From contig CBDCJV010000002.1 of assembly GCA_965217895.1 (NCBI GenBank), forward strand, positions 2,432,001-2,496,000: a DNA stretch of 64,000 nucleotides, in the 5' to 3' direction. Of this stretch, positions 48,488 through 58,731 are shown piece after piece; positions within the stretch are counted from its first letter, which is position 1; the number at the start of each line of letters is the position of its first letter. This stretch comes from Waterburya sp. (GTDB taxonomy: Bacteria; Cyanobacteriota; Cyanobacteriia; Cyanobacteriales; Xenococcaceae). A program made the position numbers and the translations under genes. Below the pieces are notes generated by a model that ran no database searches, had not been told where the DNA came from, and saw only the letters and a program-made list of their open reading frames with translations.

Positions 48488-49540
48488 ATGAATATTTCAA
48501 AACTAAATATTTGGCTAATCTTTATAGCCAATTTAGGATTGGCAACTATGACTGCTGATTCGACTATGGCAGAAGTAACAAAAAAGAGCGATCGCGCCGA
48601 GGAAAAAAATACTCAATTGTTGACACGCAACAAGACTTCAACTAAAGCGATCGACCTAATCATATTGCCAAATCAAAAGAACTCGATTGACTCCTCGTTA
48701 AAAAGCCAAATTGCCCAACGAGATTTAGTCAAATTTTGCCAAGACTATCCATACAATTCTCAATGTGCAGGCACTAGTCCATCTAATCCCAACTCACCAG
48801 GAGTAGAAACCATTCCTGTACCAGCACCACCTCCCACATCAGAAACAGAAACCAATGATAGTAACTCTAGTGGTCAAAAAACTGGTTGGGCGATCGTGCC
48901 AGAGATTAGTACCTTGGGTTTTGGCGGTAATATAGTCAGGAAAATAACTCCTGCACTTAACGCTAGGGTGGGAATTAATGCTTTTGGAGTTGGTATTAAT
49001 CTAAATGAATCACAGTTTGATTACGAAGGAGATTTAAATCTGTTTAATGTTTCTAGCATTGTTGATGTTCATCCTTTCAAAAGCTCTGGCTTTAGAATTA
49101 GTGCTGGTTTAATTTTCGGCAATAATAATATTCAAGGAACAGCAGATGTATCCGAGCAAGTTGCTGATGAAATAGGACAAGTTGAAGTGAATGGACAGAC
49201 AGTTGATATTAGAGATTTAAATATTAATGAATTAGCTACATTAGATGCAGATGTTGATATTAACAATAGTGTTTCTCCCTATGTGGGCATTGGCGGTGGC
49301 AATCCTGTAAGAGAAGGCAAAGGTTTGGGGTTTTGGTGGAATACAGGAGTAGTCTTTGGTGGTTCGCCTGATGTTACAGTCACTCCTAATATTTCTAATA
49401 ACGTTCCCGCAGAATTGAGAAATGAAGCCGAACAAGCTGCTAATACATTAATTGCAAATGAAGAACAAGAGATCGAAGATCAGCTAAACTTTATTAATAT
49501 CTATCCAGTTGTGTCTTTAGGAATTTCTTATCAGTTTTGA
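48488..49540 (+). CDS. Hypothetical outer-membrane beta-barrel protein
   Basis: Signal peptide, Pro-rich linker, amphipathic strands (STLGFG, LNARVG, PYVGIG) and C-terminal LGISYQF. Confidence 0.7.
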   Translation: MNISKLNIWLIFIANLGLATMTADSTMAEVTKKSDRAEEKNTQLLTRNKTSTKAIDLIILPNQKNSIDSSLKSQIAQRDLVKFCQDYPYNSQCAGTSPSNPNSPGVETIPVPAPPPTSETETNDSNSSGQKTGWAIVPEISTLGFGGNIVRKITPALNARVGINAFGVGINLNESQFDYEGDLNLFNVSSIVDVHPFKSSGFRISAGLIFGNNNIQGTADVSEQVADEIGQVEVNGQTVDIRDLNINELATLDADVDINNSVSPYVGIGGGNPVREGKGLGFWWNTGVVFGGSPDVTVTPNISNNVPAELRNEAEQAANTLIANEEQEIEDQLNFINIYPVVSLGISYQF

Positions 49541-49755
49541 GCTGTTTCTAGTGGATTATCTTTCGTTTAAATTTATTGGTTTTAAGCTTCAAGCTATTAG
49601 CTGTTTAAGTTGTATGGGCAGAATACTACTTTGACCATACAACGTATTAAATATTTTTCCATTACAAAAGTTTGCATCTTTTGTAATGCTCATGACTATT
49701 GTTTTAAGCTAAAAATCATTACCTATAACTGCAATCGATAAATTTTCTCTTATAT

Positions 49756-50946
49756 ATGACTGTTTCTCCTCACAAAAAAGCCAAGGCACTTAAGCCAGGT
49801 AGTCGTCGTCCAGCTAAAGAACTGTGTAGTGAATGTGGACTCTGCGATACATATTATGTTCATTATGTTAAAGAAGCCTGTGCTTTTCTCAATCAACAAA
49901 TTGCTGAATTAGAAACAGTTGCTCATGGACGTAGCCGTGACTTAGATAATGAGGATGAATGGTATTTTGGTGTTAGTCAAGAAATGATGGCTGCACGGAA
50001 CTCCGAACCGATTGAGGGAGCGCAATGGACGGGAATCGTCAGTGCGGTCGCCTGTGAAATGTTAGAACAGGGTATGGTTGAGGGGGTAGTTTGTGTACAA
50101 AACACCCCCGAAGATCGTTTTCAACCAATGCCAATAATTGCTCGAACTCCCCAAGAGGTTTTAGCAGCCAAGGTCAACAAACCCACCCTTTCTCCTAACC
50201 TAAATGTCTTAGAGCAAATCGAACAGTCGGGGATGAAACGTTTATTGGTCATTGGCGTAGGCTGTCAGATTCAGGCATTACGAGCCGTAGAAAAGGAATT
50301 AGGTCTAGAGAAACTCTATGTCTTGGGTACACCCTGCGTGGATAATGTCAGTCGTCAAGGGTTGCAGAAGTTTCTCGATACTACCAGTCGTTCTCCAGAA
50401 ACAGTAGTGCATTATGAATTTATGCAGGACTTTCGGATTCATTTTAAACATAAAGATGGCTCGATTGAAAAAGTCCCTTTCTTCGGATTGAAAACCAATC
50501 AGCTAAAAGATGTCTTTGCTCCTTCCTGTATGAGTTGCTTTGATTATGTCAACTCCTTGGCAGATTTGGTTGTGGGCTATATGGGTGCGCCTTTTGGTTG
50601 GCAATGGATTGTAGTTCGCAACGATACTGGTAAAGAAATGCTAAATCTAGTTGAAGATCGGCTAAATACTCAGCCTGTAATGTCTCAAGGCGATCGCACT
50701 TCTGCTGTACAGCAAAGTATTCCTGCTTATGATAAGGGAGTCACCTTGCCTATGTGGGCTGCAAAAATGATGGGAGTTGTCATCGAGCGTATTGGTCCTA
50801 AAGGATTAGAATATGCCCGTTTTTCGATTGATTCTCACTTTACTCGCAACTATATTTATCTTAAACGCAATTATCCTCACAAGTTGGAACAGCACGTGCC
50901 TGATTACGCTAAAAAAATTGTTGAGCAATATAAGTTGCCTGAATAA
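49756..50946 (+). CDS. bciB: Ferredoxin-dependent 3,8-divinyl chlorophyllide 8-vinyl reductase (FrhB-like, Slr1923/HCAR family)
   Basis: PAKELCSECGLCDT, GAQWTGIV, GVGCQ, GTPCVDN, SCMSCFDY. Confidence 0.9.
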   Translation: MTVSPHKKAKALKPGSRRPAKELCSECGLCDTYYVHYVKEACAFLNQQIAELETVAHGRSRDLDNEDEWYFGVSQEMMAARNSEPIEGAQWTGIVSAVACEMLEQGMVEGVVCVQNTPEDRFQPMPIIARTPQEVLAAKVNKPTLSPNLNVLEQIEQSGMKRLLVIGVGCQIQALRAVEKELGLEKLYVLGTPCVDNVSRQGLQKFLDTTSRSPETVVHYEFMQDFRIHFKHKDGSIEKVPFFGLKTNQLKDVFAPSCMSCFDYVNSLADLVVGYMGAPFGWQWIVVRNDTGKEMLNLVEDRLNTQPVMSQGDRTSAVQQSIPAYDKGVTLPMWAAKMMGVVIERIGPKGLEYARFSIDSHFTRNYIYLKRNYPHKLEQHVPDYAKKIVEQYKLPE

Positions 50947-50970
50947 TATTCTGGTGAAGATAAATTCACT

Positions 50971-50998
50971 AGTAACGAGTAACGAGTAATGAGTAACG
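50971..50998. repeat. Heptamer tandem repeat (STRR-like)
   Basis: AGTAACG AGTAACG AGTAATG AGTAACG. Confidence 0.8.
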
Positions 50999-51074
50999 AA
51001 AATAGATTGTAATATTTTGCTTACGCTTGTCTTACATTTAATTTCACCCACTCACTTAATTAAATTATCAACGG

Positions 51075-51413
51075 CTAAGACTGACATATATCTTCCCTGA
51101 TTTTAAGTTGATTAACGTTTTCTGGTTGTTTTTCAACACAAAAATCTTCAATTTCTTCGCTCAATTCTTCTAGCTCTTTACTAACTTCTACTATTTCTTT
51201 ATTTACTTCTTTAGCTTTACTGATATCTATTTCTTCTGTCATGTCGTTTAATCTTTCTTTAGAGATATCAATACACTTACTATCAAGGCGAACATAGGTT
51301 TCGTAAGGGCAGCCGTTTTCTGCCGTGACATATTGTTTGACAAATAAAGGTAGACATAAGGCTATTAAGGGTAAGGTAATTATGTAATTATGAACCCGTT
51401 CTTTTTTGGCCAT
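51075..51413 (-). CDS. Hypothetical exported protein
   Basis: Hydrophobic N-terminus, CxxxxxxxxxxxC pair, acidic coiled coil. Confidence 0.6.
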   Translation of the reverse strand: MAKKERVHNYIITLPLIALCLPLFVKQYVTAENGCPYETYVRLDSKCIDISKERLNDMTEEIDISKAKEVNKEIVEVSKELEELSEEIEDFCVEKQPENVNQLKIREDICQS

Positions 51414-51584
51414 ATCATCAACCCTAGCTGAATACTATTTATAGTTGTTTTCTTCTATAATTGTGGTTGATTTTAAGCTATTTTTACTTGACCTAGATCA
51501 CAATAAAATGTGATAAGTAGGCGGTTGCAATTAAATATAATCTAGAAAAGCGATCGCTGTAAATTTAAATGAAGGATAGATCTA

Positions 51585-51770
51585 ATATCAAGTTCGGATA
51601 ATTGCCTTAATACAATATGTATCCATGAAATAATTAAAACTAGGTCTAAAAAACTTGCTATCTGCACACGCTGGAGCGTGTCGCCATCGCGAAGCGATGT
51701 CGGCGTTCTCCAGAACGCGCTACTTGCTACTTTACCTACCTAAATTTAACTCTTCATCCGAACCTAATAT
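51585..51770. mobile_element. MITE-like element with nested GC-rich hairpins
   Basis: TIRs ATATCAAGTTCGGATAA / TCATCCGAACCTAATAT. Internal ACTTGCT heptamers are interrupted by three short hairpins. Confidence 0.7.
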
Positions 51771-51791
51771 AATTCTACGCTTGAAGTGAGC

Positions 51792-53666
51792 TTAGGTTAA
51801 TTGTTTAGCAGTTGTCATCAATAAATATCTATCTACCGCATCTTTATCTAAAAGTTTAGAAATCAAATATCCTTGTCCTTGATCGCAACCCAAGTTTTTA
51901 AGCAAATTTAGTTGAAAATTGTTTTCGATGCCTGTGGCTGTAACCACCATATTCATTTGATGAGCGATCGCAATAATTTGCTTTAACAGTAGCGTGGTCG
52001 ATTTTTCCTGTTCTAAATTAGGAGTTGCTTGACCAATGTGAGCAATTAAAGAGCGATCTATCGACAATTCATCAAAGGGAAAACGATGGAGGCAGGTTAA
52101 AGACGAATAACCCGAACCAAAATTGTCTAAACAAAGTTTTACGCGACGTTTTTTTAACTCCCGCAAAATACTCAAGGTATTTTGAGGCTGTTCTAGCAAA
52201 ACCGTTTCAGCGATATCAAATTTAATCTGCTTTCCCTGAATTTTGATTTTGCGCAAAATCATATCAACTTTATCAACCAAACTAGAATGAAAAAGCTGTT
52301 TAGCCGATAGGTTAATACAAATTCCTAAGTCGTTTTGATTTTTATGGTTATGTTGCCAATGTTTAATATGTTGACAGGCTTGTTTTAAAACTAAATTGCC
52401 GATCGCATTCATCAATCCCATATCTTCGGCTGTAACAATAAAATCTTGGGGCAGAATAACTCCTTGTTGGGGGTGATGCCAACGAACCAAAGCTTCTAAT
52501 TCCACAATTTGCTGGTTTGCTAAAGATATGATGGGTAGATAATAATTGACAAATTCCTGGCGTTGAATTGCCTGTTTTAAGCTCATTTCATGATTTGCCA
52601 ACTCCCGATCTTCTTGAAGCTGAATATACATCTCTGGCTTAAACACCTGATAGCGATCGCCTTCTAAGTCTTTTGCCTGCTGCATGGCAATATCAGCATC
52701 ATTAAATAGACGATCTATATCTTGATAATCTTGATTGCCAATTACTATACCCATGTTGGCATTGATTAAGATTTTTCTTTGTTTAATTACAAAGGGAGTA
52801 GTTAGCTTTTGTCTAATTTTTTCAACTACAGCGATCGCCTCATTCACATTACGAATATTATCTAAAAAAATAGCAAACTCATCTCCTTCTAAGCGACTAA
52901 GTAAGGCTGAATCAGGTAAGCAAGAGTCTAGTCCATGGGCGATCGCCATTAACAGTTGATTGGTTTCAACATTACTGATGGTGCGTTTAATGGTCTTAAA
53001 GCGATCGCATTCTAATAAGATTACGGCAAAATAATAATTAGGCTGCTGTCCCGTAACTTTCAGTGCCTGCTTAAGACGACTGACAAGAGAATTGCGATTG
53101 CCAAAGCCAGTGATCGGATCATTTAGAGCCATTTTCAACAGTCGATCCTGAGCCTGTTGACGGCGATTGACCTCTTCTTGTAACTGCTGATTGCTGTTTT
53201 CGAGTTCAGCAGTACGCTCTTTTACCTTTTGCTCTAGTTGATTATTAAGCTCAATAATTTTACTATTGTTGGAGTTGATGGTAATTTGATTGGCAACTCT
53301 AACTACTACCTCTTTGATTTCAAAAGGCTTATTAATGTAGTCTACGCCACCAACTTTAAAGGCTCTTTTCTTGTTGGCAAAATCATCTAAAGCACTGATA
53401 AAGATGACAGGAATATCTTTAGTTTGAGCATCAGCTTTAAGTTGCTCACACACCTGATAACCATCCATTTCTGGCATCTGAATATCTAATAAAATCAAAT
53501 CAGCCCAACCAGATCGAGCAATTTCTATTGCTTCAGAGCCATTGTTAATACAACGAGTTTGATAACCTCGCTTATTTAGAATAGCGGCGAGTAACTCTAA
53601 ATTATCTAGAGTATCATCAACAATCAAAAGATTTGCTTGGGGTTTTTCAGTCTGATTAGTGTTCAA
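51792..53666 (-). CDS. REC-GGDEF-EAL signalling protein with degenerate motifs
   Basis: LIVDD..LLDIQMP..KPF receiver, RLEGDEF, EALVRW, LDNFGSGYSSL. Confidence 0.9.
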   Translation of the reverse strand: MNTNQTEKPQANLLIVDDTLDNLELLAAILNKRGYQTRCINNGSEAIEIARSGWADLILLDIQMPEMDGYQVCEQLKADAQTKDIPVIFISALDDFANKKRAFKVGGVDYINKPFEIKEVVVRVANQITINSNNSKIIELNNQLEQKVKERTAELENSNQQLQEEVNRRQQAQDRLLKMALNDPITGFGNRNSLVSRLKQALKVTGQQPNYYFAVILLECDRFKTIKRTISNVETNQLLMAIAHGLDSCLPDSALLSRLEGDEFAIFLDNIRNVNEAIAVVEKIRQKLTTPFVIKQRKILINANMGIVIGNQDYQDIDRLFNDADIAMQQAKDLEGDRYQVFKPEMYIQLQEDRELANHEMSLKQAIQRQEFVNYYLPIISLANQQIVELEALVRWHHPQQGVILPQDFIVTAEDMGLMNAIGNLVLKQACQHIKHWQHNHKNQNDLGICINLSAKQLFHSSLVDKVDMILRKIKIQGKQIKFDIAETVLLEQPQNTLSILRELKKRRVKLCLDNFGSGYSSLTCLHRFPFDELSIDRSLIAHIGQATPNLEQEKSTTLLLKQIIAIAHQMNMVVTATGIENNFQLNLLKNLGCDQGQGYLISKLLDKDAVDRYLLMTTAKQLT

Positions 53667-53837
53667 GAAACCATTTATAAGGAATGTTTTTTAGGTGTGT
53701 AAATTTATAGTTCCCGAAAATCATTTGAAGCTATCATCATATTGGTTATAAGTTTTAGTTTATGAGCGTGGTTCAGAATCTAGAACCACGCTGATTGGGT
53801 CGTAAGCAGGCGAGCCAATCAGCCTCACTGTCCCAAC

Positions 53838-54947
53838 TTAATCTTGTACGGCTATAGCCGTGGGTAAAATTAGCATTCCATCGCCAAAGGAATAAAAACG
53901 GTAATTAAGAGCGATCGCCTGCTGATATAGATCCAGTAAACGTTTCCTGCCAATTAAGGCACTTACCAGCATCAATAAGCTAGAGCCTGGTAAATGAAAA
54001 TTAGTAATTAAACCATCTATTATCTGCCATTGATAACCTGGATAGATAAATAAATCAGTCTTGCCTCGAAAAGGCTGTAAAATATTTCCCGACTCGGCAG
54101 CTATTTTGGCTGCTCCTTCTAATGCCCTAGTTGCGGTTGTTCCTACGGCAAATACTCTCCCGCCTCTGGCTTTTGTCGCTAAAACTCGATCGACCGTAGC
54201 TTGGCTAACTTCAATCCATTCTTGGTGCATGGAGTGCTGGAGAATATTTTCCGACTCTATAGGGCGAAAAGTACCAATTCCTACGTGGAGAGTAATAGAA
54301 GTTTGAGCAATACCCTGCTGCTGTAATCTGGATAATAATTCGGTCGTAAAATGTAATCCCGCAGTGGGAGCAGCGATCGCTCCTAGCTGTTGAGCATATA
54401 CTGTTTGGTAGCGATCGCGATCGGCTTCTCGATCGGTAATATAGGGCGGTAAAGGTAGCTCTCCGTAGTCCTCTAAAAAATGCCACAATGACTTGTTTTC
54501 AGGTAGCTCAAATCGCAAAATTCTCCCCCCTGTTGCTTCGTCTGTGGCAACTACAGTCGCTTTTAGCTGAAAACCTGCTATTGCCTGATTATTATTCTGT
54601 GGCTCGAAAATAAATTTTGCCCCAGGAGTAAAGCGTTTACCTGGCTTAACTAAAGCCAACCAGCAGTTGTCTAATCTTTCTTCAATTAGTAAAATTTCAA
54701 CTTTAGAACCACTAATTTTATGACCGTGTAGACGAGCAGGAATTACACGGGTGTTGTTGAGAACCAATAAATCCCCTGATTTAAGCCAATGGGGCAAATC
54801 GTGAAAATTTTTATGAACACAAGCTGTCGGTGAATCTACTATCAGCAAACGAGAACTGTCTCTGGGAATTGCAGGCGTTTGCGCAATCAGCTTTTGAGGT
54901 AGATGATAATTATAATTAGACAGTAAAAAATCCTGATTCATTTTCAT
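53838..54947 (-). CDS. queA: SAM:tRNA ribosyltransferase-isomerase
   Basis: [49 protein letters not shown]. Confidence 0.97.
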   Translation of the reverse strand: MKMNQDFLLSNYNYHLPQKLIAQTPAIPRDSSRLLIVDSPTACVHKNFHDLPHWLKSGDLLVLNNTRVIPARLHGHKISGSKVEILLIEERLDNCWLALVKPGKRFTPGAKFIFEPQNNNQAIAGFQLKATVVATDEATGGRILRFELPENKSLWHFLEDYGELPLPPYITDREADRDRYQTVYAQQLGAIAAPTAGLHFTTELLSRLQQQGIAQTSITLHVGIGTFRPIESENILQHSMHQEWIEVSQATVDRVLATKARGGRVFAVGTTATRALEGAAKIAAESGNILQPFRGKTDLFIYPGYQWQIIDGLITNFHLPGSSLLMLVSALIGRKRLLDLYQQAIALNYRFYSFGDGMLILPTAIAVQD

Positions 54948-55082
54948 TTATTAGTTCATTTTAAGCGATCGCTATTGGGTAATATCCCCCATAAGAAATT
55001 TAAAAGATCGGGTGCTTTTCCCCTAGCGCAACTGACCTATTCATTGTCAAACTATAGATAAGCCTCAGTGAAAATGGTGTTT

Positions 55083-55472
55083 ATGGATTATCTTTTTTTT
55101 CTGGCAAATGCCAGCGTAACTCTCAGAACGATTGATTATCTCCTCAATATGGAGCATACATCAAACGCTTGTTTAACTGTAATTCATCAAATAGACGGTT
55201 GGATTGTTAAAATTCGTTTTCCCCAAGCTCTTGAACCTAGACTGCATGGAAACTTTAAAGCTTTTATGTCCGAACTAGGTATTGCTTATGAACCAGAGAT
55301 GCGAATTAAAATGGTGTTTTGGAGCTTAGAAACAGGTCAATCTCCTGTAGAAGTAATGCGTCGCTACCAGGTGGCAGTGGTTTCTCACGGCAAACCCGAT
55401 ACTAAAGATATCGAGGCATTCCGTCAGCAGTTTACCAGGGGATTGGGTTACTGTCCAGAAACTTTAGCTTAG
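55083..55472 (+). CDS. Conserved cyanobacterial hypothetical protein
   Basis: MDYLFFLANASVTLR..VIHQIDGW..YQVAVVSHG..LGYCPETLA. Start may be 55068-55083. Confidence 0.75.
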   Translation: MDYLFFLANASVTLRTIDYLLNMEHTSNACLTVIHQIDGWIVKIRFPQALEPRLHGNFKAFMSELGIAYEPEMRIKMVFWSLETGQSPVEVMRRYQVAVVSHGKPDTKDIEAFRQQFTRGLGYCPETLA

Positions 55473-55501
55473 ATAATTTGTCTCGCGCAAAGAAAACAAC
55501 C

Positions 55502-55538
55502 AATAAAAAAGGTGAGCTAATTACTCACCTTTTTTATT
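55502..55538. terminator. Bidirectional intrinsic terminator
   Basis: AATAAAAAAGGTGAG-CTAATTA-CTCACCTTTTTTATT between convergent genes. Confidence 0.85.
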
Positions 55539-55579
55539 AATTTATCAAATGATTGACCACTAACTACTAACTTTTTTAT

Positions 55580-57940
55580 TTAACGAGTTGCTTCTACCAA
55601 AACTTGCTCTTGTACAGCAGAGACGGTAGTATTGCCATCTTCATCAATATCAACTAAGGCATTATCGCCATCGTTGACGCGACCTGTAAGAATCGCTTCG
55701 GCTAAACTATCTTCCAATAGACGCATAATTGCTCTACGCAGAGGTCTTGCACCATAGCTAGGATCGAAGCCTTGGTCAATTACCTTATCTTCAAAGGCAG
55801 AGGTTACACCAATGGTAATTTGTCTTTGTTCTTCTAGTCTGCTCGATATCTCGTCAAGCAAAATACTGGCAATTTGTCTGACTTCGGGTTTGGTTAACTG
55901 ACGGAAGACAATAATTTCATCCAGACGGTTAATAAATTCAGGACGGAAATAGTTTTTCAATTCCTGATTAACTAAATCTTTGATGCGGTTGTATTGTGCG
56001 TCATCTTTATCGCCAGAGAAATCGAAACCTAAACCAGTACCACCTTTTTCGATTACTTTAGAACCGATATTAGAGGTCATGATAATTACAGTATTCTTAA
56101 AGCTAACCACCCGTCCTTGAGCATCGGTCAGACGACCATCATCAAGTAGCTGTAGCATTAAGTTAAAGACATCGGGATGAGCCTTTTCAATCTCATCAAA
56201 TAAGACAATCGTGTAAGGTTGACGACGTACTGCTTCAGTTAGCTGTCCACCTTCGTCATAACCGACGAATCCTGGAGGAGAACCAATAAGCTTCGATACG
56301 GTATGGGATTCCATGTACTCAGACATATCTACCCGCACGATTGCCTCATCAGAACCAAACATTTGTACTGCTAAAGCTTTTGCTAGTTCAGTTTTACCTA
56401 CCCCTGTAGGACCAGAGAAGAACAGACTAGCAATAGGTCTATTGCGATCGCCTAATCCAGAACGAGAGCGACGTAAGGCACGAGAAACGGCTCGTACAGC
56501 CTCATCCTGACCAATTACTCTCTCGTGTAAGTTGTCTTCTAAGTACATTAAGGCTTCGGATTCTGTTTCCGTCATTTTAGTGACGGGTACGCTAGTCCAA
56601 GCAGCAACTATCTTAGCGATCGCTTCTTCATCAACCACAGGAGTCAATGCCTGGGGATTAATAGTCGGCACATCAGATTTTTCTTCATCCTGCTGCAAAC
56701 AGTGATTTAGATGAGTCCGAGAACCAGCTTCGTCAATTAAGTCAATTGCTTTGTCGGGTAAAAAGCGATCGCTGATATATCTTTCAGAAAAAGTTACCGC
56801 AGCTTCGATAGCTGCATCGGTATATTTGACCTTGTGAAAATCTTCGTAAGTTTTGCGTAAACCCTGAAGAATAGCGATCGCATCTTCGACTGAAGGCTCA
56901 CCAATCGTTACTTTTTGGAAACGACGTTCTAAAGCAGCATCTCGCTCGATGTGCTGACGAAATTCATCTAGAGTAGTGCTACCAAGACATTGAATTTCGC
57001 CTCTGGCTAAAGCTGGCTTGAGCATATTGGCAGCGTCCATTGCCCCGCCCATTGCTCCGGCACCTACAATAGTATGGATTTCGTCAATTACCAGAATTAT
57101 ATTGCCCGCAGCACGAACTTCTTCGACAATTGACTTAAGGCGTTCTTCAAATTCACCTCTAAACTTAGTCCCTGCTAGCAGCGAACCCATGTCCAAACTG
57201 ATAACTTCTTTATCTTCTAAAAGAGAAGAAACATCACCATCGACAATGCGTTGAGCAAGTCCTTCGGCGATCGCCGTTTTGCCTACGCCTGGTTCTCCAA
57301 CTAGAATCGGGTTGTTTTTAGTGCGTCTGCCCAATATTTGAACTGCGCGTTCGATTTCTGGATATCTGCCGATCACAGGGTCTAGTTTCCCCTCTCTAGC
57401 CAGTTCAGTCAGGTTGATACTAAACTCTTTGAGCTTGGTAGCTTTTTCTCTACCCCCACCAAAACCGAAGGGATTTTCTTTAGTAGCCGTCGCTGCGACT
57501 GTCTCGGCTTCACCTAACTTTTTGATAATGTCTGTGCGTAGCTGTCTGAGATCGACATCTTGTTTGGTCAACAGCTTGGCAGCCATATTATCAGGATGCT
57601 TAACAATTGCCAGTAAGATATGTTCTGGACTGATAAAATTACTCTTTAACTGACGTGCTTCATTAAAAGCTTGCTCGAGAATTCTTTTGGCTTTTGGTGT
57701 AAAGGGAATATTAGCAGGGATAAACCCAGAACCTTTGCCCACAAACTCAATGGCTAGTTCTCTGGTTCTTGCCGAATTAACGCCAAAATTTGCCAGTAAT
57801 TCTGCTGCCTTAGATGTTCCCTCCCCAATCACCCCCAACAAAATATGTTCTGTCCCGACAAGATTGTGTCCAGTATTTCTGGCTTCCTCTTGGGCGAGTA
57901 CAACGTTTTTAATAGCTTTCTCATTGAAGTATTCAAACAT
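55580..57940 (-). CDS. clpC: ClpC-like ATP-dependent Clp protease ATPase (paralogue with short middle domain)
   Basis: Two Clp-N repeats, [16 protein letters not shown], ClpP-docking GLGF loop, GARPLRR. Confidence 0.88.
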   Translation of the reverse strand: MFEYFNEKAIKNVVLAQEEARNTGHNLVGTEHILLGVIGEGTSKAAELLANFGVNSARTRELAIEFVGKGSGFIPANIPFTPKAKRILEQAFNEARQLKSNFISPEHILLAIVKHPDNMAAKLLTKQDVDLRQLRTDIIKKLGEAETVAATATKENPFGFGGGREKATKLKEFSINLTELAREGKLDPVIGRYPEIERAVQILGRRTKNNPILVGEPGVGKTAIAEGLAQRIVDGDVSSLLEDKEVISLDMGSLLAGTKFRGEFEERLKSIVEEVRAAGNIILVIDEIHTIVGAGAMGGAMDAANMLKPALARGEIQCLGSTTLDEFRQHIERDAALERRFQKVTIGEPSVEDAIAILQGLRKTYEDFHKVKYTDAAIEAAVTFSERYISDRFLPDKAIDLIDEAGSRTHLNHCLQQDEEKSDVPTINPQALTPVVDEEAIAKIVAAWTSVPVTKMTETESEALMYLEDNLHERVIGQDEAVRAVSRALRRSRSGLGDRNRPIASLFFSGPTGVGKTELAKALAVQMFGSDEAIVRVDMSEYMESHTVSKLIGSPPGFVGYDEGGQLTEAVRRQPYTIVLFDEIEKAHPDVFNLMLQLLDDGRLTDAQGRVVSFKNTVIIMTSNIGSKVIEKGGTGLGFDFSGDKDDAQYNRIKDLVNQELKNYFRPEFINRLDEIIVFRQLTKPEVRQIASILLDEISSRLEEQRQITIGVTSAFEDKVIDQGFDPSYGARPLRRAIMRLLEDSLAEAILTGRVNDGDNALVDIDEDGNTTVSAVQEQVLVEATR

Positions 57941-58107
57941 CGTTTAAAAGACTCCTCTTCTTTAGTATTAACATTTCTTTATCTTCTCTATTTAATTTAT
58001 CTTTTTTAGTTATCAATATGTAGTGGTAAAAGCCGTAACCTTTATTCTACATTTTGCTTAATTAATCGTAATATCTTCAATTATTGTAGACTACCAAACC
58101 TCACCCT

Positions 58108-58716
58108 ATGTACGACGAAGGATATATCAAATATCAATGCCACTGGCAAAATCAACCATCGATTAATGAAAAGGAAATTGTCGAGTTAAATCAATGGCGA
58201 AACCAGCTATATCAGCTAGGTTTAATCGGCAAATACGATAACGGAATTGGTTTTGGTAATCTGAGTGTTCGTATTCCTCAATCTCAAAATATCATCATTT
58301 CAGGCACCCAAACGGGGGGAATTGCCGAACTCACCGCGCGACACTATACCAAAGTTACTGATTTTAACTGGCACAAAAATTATGTCACCTGTAAAGGTCT
58401 AATTAAAGCCTCTTCTGAGACTTTAACTCATGGTGCAATTTACGTTGCCCAACCTCAAGTAAATGCTGTAGTTCATGTTCATCATGCAGACTTATGGCGT
58501 AAATTAATAAATCATGTCCCCACTACCAATTCCAATTGCGCCTATGGCACACCAGAAATGGCAGAGGAAATTATTAGGCTGTGTCAGCAAAAAGAAGCTC
58601 AAACACAGAAAATTATCGTTATGAGTGGTCATAAGGAGGGCATTCTCACCTTTGGCAAAAGCCTCAGCGAAGCAGGTAATGTGCTGTTAAACTTTTTTGG
58701 CGTGCAAGATCTTTAA
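58108..58716 (+). CDS. Class II aldolase/adducin family protein
   Basis: GIGFGNLSVR, ASSETLTH, VVHVH, YGTPEMA. Confidence 0.88.
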   Translation: MYDEGYIKYQCHWQNQPSINEKEIVELNQWRNQLYQLGLIGKYDNGIGFGNLSVRIPQSQNIIISGTQTGGIAELTARHYTKVTDFNWHKNYVTCKGLIKASSETLTHGAIYVAQPQVNAVVHVHHADLWRKLINHVPTTNSNCAYGTPEMAEEIIRLCQQKEAQTQKIIVMSGHKEGILTFGKSLSEAGNVLLNFFGVQDL

Positions 58717-58731
58717 AAAATTAACCTAAAT

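Noticed and set aside
58020..58040. K-box/Rre1-like motif upstream of the clpC paralogue (GTTACGGCTTTTACCACTAC on the minus strand)
   Set aside because: Only a loose match to the consensus as I recall it, so it cannot be supported without a matrix scan.
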